DNA from: an uncultured Pseudohongiella sp.
GTDB taxonomy: Bacteria; Pseudomonadota; Gammaproteobacteria; Pseudomonadales; Pseudohongiellaceae
DNA length: 64,000 nt
Assembly: GCA_965222175.1 (NCBI GenBank)
Contig: OZ244938.1
Coordinates: 2,486,932 to 2,550,931 of the forward strand
Direction of reading: 5' to 3'
In this document: positions 58,386-64,000 of the stretch, piece after piece
How positions within the stretch are numbered: position 1 is the first letter of the stretch
Layout of the letters: each line of letters begins with the position of its first letter
Position numbers and translations under genes: made by a program
The notes under the pieces: model-generated
Told to the model about the DNA's origin: nothing
Database searches by the model: none
The model's input: the letters and a program-made list of their open reading frames with translations, nothing else

Positions 58386-58709
58386 TCACTGCGGACTGAC
58401 CGTCAGGCGATGGCGATTCCGTTCCAGGGTCGCCAGCCCTATTCCGGAGACTTCCAGCAATTGCTCAACGGACTGGAACCGGCCTATCTGTTCACGGTAG
58501 TCAACAATTGCCTGGGCCTTGATCATGCCCACCCCGTCCATGACCTCCGCAAGTGTCATGGCATCGGCGGTATTAATGTCCACCTGGAACTGCACGGTGT
58601 TCTGTGCCAGGGGATTATCTGCCGCTGTCAGCGCCGCGGGAGAAAGCGTGACCAGCAGAGAGAGCAGGAGAATGTGAAAGAAGTGGAGCGGAACTGTTAC
58701 AAGTTTCAT
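58386..58709 (-). CDS. comEA: ComEA-family helix-hairpin-helix DNA-binding protein
   Basis: Signal peptide, then VDINTADAMTLAEVMDGVGMIKAQAIVDYREQIGRFQSVEQLLEVSGIG. Confidence 0.8.
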   Translation of the reverse strand: MKLVTVPLHFFHILLLSLLVTLSPAALTAADNPLAQNTVQFQVDINTADAMTLAEVMDGVGMIKAQAIVDYREQIGRFQSVEQLLEVSGIGLATLERNRHRLTVSPQ

Positions 58710-58783
58710 AGTAATTTCCCTATTACTGATTGGTCGACTTGGTCTGACTTTGCAGAAGCGATGCTGCCTCTACCCTCTCCAGT

Positions 58784-59521
58784 CTAGTCAGGATTTTCCA
58801 GAACGCCAGAAACTGCCGCATTAAAGACCTCGAGGCTCTGACCCGGCGAGTCAGCCCGGGTAATTGGACGACCCACCACCAGGTAAGTGCTGCCCAGGGC
58901 TATGGCTTCAGCCGGACCGACGACGCGTTTCTGGTCGGCGGCAGCATCTTCGGGGCGTCGAATGCCCGGTGTAACCAGACAGAAATCGGCGGGCAATGCC
59001 CCACGCAACAGGCGCGTCTCCGCGGCGGAACAGACCACCCCGTCAAGTCCGCAATCTGCACTCAGCGTTGCCAGCCGCCTGACCTGCTCTTCAGGACGGC
59101 AGTCAATGCCGATTTCAACGAGATCCTCCTGGGCCAGGCTGGTCAGTACCGTTACACCGATCAGCAGCGGCGCTTCCGCGCCACGTGACGACAATGCCCT
59201 TGAGGCCGCCTCCAGCATGGCACGTCCGCCCGAGGCATGAACGTTCAGCATCCACACGCCCAGATCCGCGGCTGCCTGCACCGCCGCGGCCACGGTATTA
59301 GGAATATCATGGTATTTCAGGTCCAGAAAGACGTCGAACCCCCGGTTGACGATGTTGCGTACCAGTTCCGGTCCACAGCTGGTGAACAGCTGTTTACCCA
59401 CTTTTACCCGACACCGGCCAGCTTCGAGCTGATCAAGGAGCCGGTACGCTTCATCCGCAGTGGCAACGTCCAGGGCGACGATGATTCGGTTCGGGTCTTG
59501 CAGCTTGGCGCTATCGGTCAC
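58784..59521 (-). CDS. pyrF: Orotidine 5'-phosphate decarboxylase
   Basis: IIVALDV...[15 protein letters not shown] motifs. Confidence 0.9.
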   Translation of the reverse strand: MTDSAKLQDPNRIIVALDVATADEAYRLLDQLEAGRCRVKVGKQLFTSCGPELVRNIVNRGFDVFLDLKYHDIPNTVAAAVQAAADLGVWMLNVHASGGRAMLEAASRALSSRGAEAPLLIGVTVLTSLAQEDLVEIGIDCRPEEQVRRLATLSADCGLDGVVCSAAETRLLRGALPADFCLVTPGIRRPEDAAADQKRVVGPAEAIALGSTYLVVGRPITRADSPGQSLEVFNAAVSGVLENPD

Positions 59522-59574
59522 TTCGTCCTCCGGAAAATTTCAACAGGTTACAACGGGAGATTATCCTCGCCGGC

Positions 59575-60789
59575 TCAGTCACCTTCAGCACCCTTGATGG
59601 GGTGCAACTGGTCCCACTTCTGGCAGCTGGGACACTGCCAGTACAGCTTCCTGGTTTCAAACCCGCAATGTTCACAGCGGTAGGCCGGCTTGGAATCGAT
59701 ATAGCCCTGCAGGGTTTCCACGGCCAGGTCCAGATAGGGACGGCCGGCATCGTCGCTGGCCTGCAGCTGCAGCTGCAGCAGGGCCTTACAAGCCTTTAGT
59801 GACGGGTGTTTGCGCAGCCCGTCTGCCAGGGCCTGCCTGGCGGCATCCTCTCCTTCATCGGCACGCACAAGTTTCACCACCTCCAGCAGGATGGTCGATC
59901 CCGGATGCTCATCCAGCAGCTTCAGCAGCTCTTTCTTGAAGTTCCTGTTGAAACTTTCAGGATCTGCTGCCCTGAAAGACTCGCCCAGTGGCTTGACAAC
60001 ATCCTTGATCAGCTTTGGGTGATTATAGGCAACTTTCAGCAACTCTTTTCTGGCTTTTTCCGAGTTCCTAGCCTGCTGCTCAACCCGGGCCAGCAGCAGG
60101 GAAGCCCGGGCACCGTTACGATCGAAATGCTGGGCGTTGCGCAGGTAGCCCCTGGCCTGCTGCGTGTCATCCCTGGCCAATGACTGTTCGGCCAGTTCAC
60201 AACAGTAATGGGCGGCCACACTGCGCAGGGATTTTTCCCTGCGATACCTGGAATTTTTCAGCAGCTCGTTGACCGCATCAATGGCAAGCCCCCATTCCTT
60301 CTCGATCTGGTAGACGGTGACCAGTTGTGCCAGGGCGTCCCAACGCGACGGGTTGCTGTGGCTCAACAACTCTTTCAGCAGTCGCTCGGCGCGGTCCAGC
60401 AGACCGGCAGCAATATAGTCATTGGACAGTTCGAGACGCACCGAATCCCCGAACTCACTGGACAATCCAGACCGTTCCAGCAACTGCTGGTGTACCAGGA
60501 TCGCCCTGTCCACCTTGCCCCGCCGGCGAAGCAGCGTGCCCAGCGCGAGGTGGGTTTCCACCGTGTCACCATTGACTTCAAGACCCTTGATGAACGTATC
60601 AATGGCTTCGTCCGGTTCATCACGCAACAGGTAGTTTAGGCCCACGAAATAATCATGGTAGATATCCCTGGTTTTGCGCCCAGGCCTGCCCGAGGGCTTG
60701 CGATAAAAGCGCGCGAGAAACCATCCCGCTACCACCGCGAGCAATAACCACAAGTAAAATGTGATACTTGACGTTACCATTACAACCAT
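59575..60789 (-). CDS. lapB: LPS assembly protein LapB (TPR + rubredoxin-like zinc ribbon)
   Basis: N-terminal TM, TPR repeats, C-terminal CEHCGFETRKLYWQCPSCQKWD. Confidence 0.85.
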   Translation of the reverse strand: MVVMVTSSITFYLWLLLAVVAGWFLARFYRKPSGRPGRKTRDIYHDYFVGLNYLLRDEPDEAIDTFIKGLEVNGDTVETHLALGTLLRRRGKVDRAILVHQQLLERSGLSSEFGDSVRLELSNDYIAAGLLDRAERLLKELLSHSNPSRWDALAQLVTVYQIEKEWGLAIDAVNELLKNSRYRREKSLRSVAAHYCCELAEQSLARDDTQQARGYLRNAQHFDRNGARASLLLARVEQQARNSEKARKELLKVAYNHPKLIKDVVKPLGESFRAADPESFNRNFKKELLKLLDEHPGSTILLEVVKLVRADEGEDAARQALADGLRKHPSLKACKALLQLQLQASDDAGRPYLDLAVETLQGYIDSKPAYRCEHCGFETRKLYWQCPSCQKWDQLHPIKGAEGD

Positions 60790-60921
60790 TTCCAGTGACA
60801 GGAATTCGACAGGTTACCGGCATGCCTGTTTCGAGGCAGGCAGACCGCATCCTGATGACCAGAAAGCTGACTGGCCGCGCCTGTACTACGGCAGCCCTGG
60901 TGTTATCCAGCAGAAGGGACG

Positions 60922-60957
60922 ACAAAAAAGGCGACCCGACACAAGACCGGGTCGCCT
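60922..60957 (-). terminator. Rho-independent terminator after ihfB
   Basis: Minus strand ggcgacccggtcttgtgtcgggtcgcc followed by TTTTTT. Confidence 0.75.
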
Positions 60958-60982
60958 TCAGCTGGTCAGATCAAGGGGCCTT

Positions 60983-61294
60983 TCAGGGCAAGGACAGATG
61001 CTGCTCTGTCATCATGCTCTGATTAACCCGATCCCTGAGCTCCTTGCCAGGCTTGAAATGAGGCACGTATTTACCGGCCAGTGCCACGGGAGTACCGGTT
61101 TTCGGGTTGCGCCCGATCCGCGGCACACGGTAGTGAAGGGAAAAACTGCCGAATCCTCTTATCTCAATCCTGCCGCCACTCTCCAGTGTTTGCGACATGT
61201 ACTCGAGAATAGCCTTGACAGCCAGCTCCACGTCCTTGGCGGACAGCTGGGTCTGCTTCCCTGCAATTCGATCGATCAGTTCGGACTTGGTCAT
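60983..61294 (-). CDS. ihfB: Integration host factor beta subunit
   Basis: [11 protein letters not shown]...[22 protein letters not shown]. Confidence 0.9.
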   Translation of the reverse strand: MTKSELIDRIAGKQTQLSAKDVELAVKAILEYMSQTLESGGRIEIRGFGSFSLHYRVPRIGRNPKTGTPVALAGKYVPHFKPGKELRDRVNQSMMTEQHLSLP

Positions 61295-61377
61295 GGCCTC
61301 ACTCCTTCACTTTCCTCGGCAATGCCGGCGGGAGCAGCCCGAAGGCCTGATCCCTGTGGCTCATCCTCTGTGCTCTT

Positions 61378-63054
61378 TCAGGACTTGTCCATCTGAGCCT
61401 TGATCAGGTCGCCGATAGTCGCGGGTGCCGCATCACCGGGTTCCTGGTTCTTGTGCTCCTTAATGGCAGTTCGTTCGTCGTCAATTTCTACTGCTTTGAT
61501 GGACAGGCTCAGTACCCGGTTTTTCCTGTCGACACTGACAACCTTGACCTCAACCTCGTCACCTTCACTCAAGGCGTTTCTCGCGTCTTCCACCTTGTCG
61601 CGACTGATCTCGGAGGCACGTAGAATTCCGTCGATGCCCTCGGCGAGGTTGACCGTCGCCGCCTTGGCGTCCACCGAGGTAACGGTGCCCTTGACCACGC
61701 TGCCCTTCTCGATGTCGGCGACGTAATTCATGAACGGATCGTCTTCAAGCTGCTTGATACCGAGTGAAATACGCTCACGCTCGGGATCGATAGACAGGAT
61801 TACCGTTTCGAGTTCATCACCTTTGGCGAATTCACGCACCGCTTCCTCACCGGGCTCATCCCAGGAGATATCGGACAGGTGAACCAGACCATCGATATTG
61901 CCTTCCAGCCCGATAAAAATACCGAAGTCGGTGATGGACTTGATCGTACCCTTGATGCGATCGCCCTTGTTGTAGGTCTCGGCAAAGTGATCCCAGGGAT
62001 TCTGGAAACACTGCTTGATTCCCAGGGAAATACGCCGGCGCTCCTCGTCGATGTCGAGAATCATGACGTCGACTTCATCGCCAAGCTGGACCACTTTTGA
62101 CGGGTGGATATTCTTGTTGGTCCAGTCCATTTCGGAAACATGGACCAGGCCTTCCACACCCTCTTCCAACTCGGCGAAACAGCCGTAATCGGTGAGATTG
62201 GTAACCGTCGCCTTGACGACCGTGTTTTCCGGGTAACGGCCCTTGATGGATACCCAGGGATCTTCCCCCAGCTGTTTCAGGCCCAGTGACACACGATTGC
62301 GCTCCCGGTCGTACTTCAGCACCTTGACCTCGATCTCATCGCCAACATTGACGATCTCGCTGGGGTGCTTGATCCGCTTCCAGGACATGTCGGTGATATG
62401 CAACAGGCCGTCGACGCCACCCAGGTCCACAAACGCACCGTAATCGGTGAGGTTCTTGACGATACCCTTGACCGTCATGCCTTCCTGGAGCTTCTCCAGC
62501 AGGGCGTCCCGCTCTTCGGAACTGACCGCTTCCAGCACTGCGCGACGGGAAACAACCACGTTGTTGCGCTTCTGGTCGAGCTTGATGAGCTTGAATTCCA
62601 GCTCCTGGCCCTCGAGGTGAGTCGTGTCCCGAATCGGTCGGATATCAACCAGCGATCCGGGCAGAAACGCTCTGATGTTGTTGAGGTCAACGGTGAATCC
62701 ACCTTTGACCTTGCCATTGATAACACCCTTGACGACTTCGTTTTCCTTGAATGCCTCTTCCAGTTCCTGCCAGGATTCGGCCCGCTTGGCCTTCTCTCTG
62801 GACAACCTGGTTTCACCAAATCCGTCTTCGACAGTTTCCAGCGCCACCTTGACCTGGTCCCCGACCTCCAGTTCGAATTCACCGCTTTCGTTGAGGAACT
62901 GTGATCGCGGGATAAAGCCCTCGGACTTGAGTCCGGCATTGACGGTGACCCAGTCTGAATCGATATCGACTACCGTACCGATCACGATGGCACCTGGAGT
63001 CATGTTAATATCGTTCAGGCTTTCTTCGAATAACTCTGCAAAATTTTCGCTCAT
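61378..63054 (-). CDS. rpsA: 30S ribosomal protein S1
   Basis: Six S1 repeats. [13 protein letters not shown] start. Confidence 0.95.
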   Translation of the reverse strand: MSENFAELFEESLNDINMTPGAIVIGTVVDIDSDWVTVNAGLKSEGFIPRSQFLNESGEFELEVGDQVKVALETVEDGFGETRLSREKAKRAESWQELEEAFKENEVVKGVINGKVKGGFTVDLNNIRAFLPGSLVDIRPIRDTTHLEGQELEFKLIKLDQKRNNVVVSRRAVLEAVSSEERDALLEKLQEGMTVKGIVKNLTDYGAFVDLGGVDGLLHITDMSWKRIKHPSEIVNVGDEIEVKVLKYDRERNRVSLGLKQLGEDPWVSIKGRYPENTVVKATVTNLTDYGCFAELEEGVEGLVHVSEMDWTNKNIHPSKVVQLGDEVDVMILDIDEERRRISLGIKQCFQNPWDHFAETYNKGDRIKGTIKSITDFGIFIGLEGNIDGLVHLSDISWDEPGEEAVREFAKGDELETVILSIDPERERISLGIKQLEDDPFMNYVADIEKGSVVKGTVTSVDAKAATVNLAEGIDGILRASEISRDKVEDARNALSEGDEVEVKVVSVDRKNRVLSLSIKAVEIDDERTAIKEHKNQEPGDAAPATIGDLIKAQMDKS

Positions 63055-63243
63055 TAATTTTCCTGATATCAATAGGTTATACGCTTTATTTAATTACATT
63101 TGGTAATATTTGCAAACGTACACCCGGTCCGTACCCCAGCAGATACGGAGTCAATTTTAAGATGCCCGCTGCCTGCCTATGCTGGTCAAGCAGACAGCGA
63201 ACGAACTTTCACCAGCCAGAATTTCCTGCCACAGTACCGAGCA

Positions 63244-63912
63244 CTAGCGCCCCGATTCCGGTACCAGATTCAGTACCTTTTCCACCACCTGGTCTATGGT
63301 CAGCTCGGTGGTATCCAGGGTGTGGGCGTCCTCGGCAGGCTTGAGGGGAGAGGCGCTTCGTTGACTGTCTCGCGCGTCCCGCTCCTGCAGCTCTCGCAAA
63401 AGGTCGGGCAGAATAGCACTAATACCCTTACCAATCAACTGGTTATATCGCCTTTTGGCACGTTCCTCCACACTGGCGGTCAGAAAGATTTTTACCTGGG
63501 CATCGGGGAAGACAACCGTACCCATGTCGCGGCCGTCGGCCACCAGCCCCGGGGGCTTGCGGAACGCCCGCTGCCGGTCGAAAAGCGCATCGCGTACCGC
63601 GGGAATGGCGCCGACCCTTGACGCCATGTCCCCGGCCGCCTCGGTACGGATGACCTCGGTAAAATCCTCGCCATCAACCTGGACGCTGCCCGGTCCCGGG
63701 ATCCCGAAGCGAATATCCAGTGTGCGGGCGGTCCGTGCCAATTCGTCAGGATCGGCAAGATCGAGTTGTCGCTGTGATGCCACGCAGCCGAGGATCCGGT
63801 ACAGCGCACCACTATCCAGGAGATGATAGCCCAGCTGCCGGGCGATCCGCTGGGCGATGGTGCCCTTGCCGGAGCCACTGGGTCCGTCGATGGTGATGAC
63901 CGGTACCTGCAT
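63244..63912 (-). CDS. cmk: Cytidylate kinase
   Basis: [14 protein letters not shown]-loop. Conserved cmk-rpsA-ihfB order. Confidence 0.9.
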   Translation of the reverse strand: MQVPVITIDGPSGSGKGTIAQRIARQLGYHLLDSGALYRILGCVASQRQLDLADPDELARTARTLDIRFGIPGPGSVQVDGEDFTEVIRTEAAGDMASRVGAIPAVRDALFDRQRAFRKPPGLVADGRDMGTVVFPDAQVKIFLTASVEERAKRRYNQLIGKGISAILPDLLRELQERDARDSQRSASPLKPAEDAHTLDTTELTIDQVVEKVLNLVPESGR

Positions 63913-64000
63913 GACTATTCTCCCCGGCTTCCGGTTTCCGCTCCGGCCCCGTGATCGATGCGTTGCACCTGAATACCGGCATCGCGGGCCAACTCGATGA
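63909..64000 (-). CDS. 3' end of upstream gene (partial, unidentified)
   Basis: The ORF runs off the window and ends ...[10 protein letters not shown], overlapping the cmk start. Confidence 0.3.

Noticed and set aside
58226-58402. 58 aa plus-strand ORF (MTAGISPTDLEALNQGRL...) between wecA-like and comEA
   Set aside because: No RBS, domain or conservation evidence. Not called.
60653-60925. 90 aa ORF upstream of and overlapping lapB, considered as lapA
   Set aside because: It is in a different frame, overlaps the lapB start and the ihfB terminator, and has no LapA-like TM pattern. LapB here carries its own N-terminal TM helix, and no separate lapA was found.

Overview
This 64 kb window reads as gammaproteobacterial-like chromosome (about 58-60% GC). 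It ends on the minus strand in a conserved core block: pyrF, lapB, ihfB, rpsA, cmk.

The 5' end is an insertion-sequence hotspot. An IS110-family element sits beside an internally deleted IS91-family transposase gene and a complete three-ORF IS66 element. Directly downstream is a low-GC island (roughly 8.1-15.4 kb) carrying xdhC-xdhA-xdhB followed by an atypical cytochrome P450. That island is bracketed by two direct copies of a ~130 bp repeat.

The middle of the window (15.6-30 kb) is a catabolic-looking cluster. It holds a crotonase, a family III CoA-transferase, a secreted RraA-like protein, a Tat-exported enolase-superfamily enzyme, an IorAB-like molybdo-oxidoreductase, a TetR regulator, an MFS transporter and a cupin.

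The most unusual part is 30.6-42.4 kb. It contains a four-gene plus-strand operon: a membrane protein, an SPFH/coiled-coil/zinc-ribbon protein, a zinc-ribbon/FHA protein, and a Hanks Ser/Thr kinase. That operon is surrounded by two paralogous cytoplasmic papain-like (C1) peptidases, one of them fused to a DnaJ-type CxxCxGxG zinc finger, and by a secreted trypsin-like protease. The region is punctuated by a previously unnoticed MITE-like repeat family with perfect ~25-30 bp terminal inverted repeats (at least three copies plus solo 16-mer remnants). Two degenerate remnants of an IS4-family (DUF4372-type) element flank the second peptidase cassette.

Further along are three lipoprotein genes, one frameshifted at a G6 tract. 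These are followed by an ArsR/ArsI-CadI pair, an HExxH effector-like metallopeptidase, a JmjC-type hydroxylase, DUF3179, a tannase-family esterase, PpiA and WbpM/WecA-type polysaccharide genes. A 5x 15-bp tandem repeat lies between the last two.

No rRNA, tRNA or CRISPR was recognised. All calls rest on reading the translated ORFs and the DNA directly; no database searches were possible.
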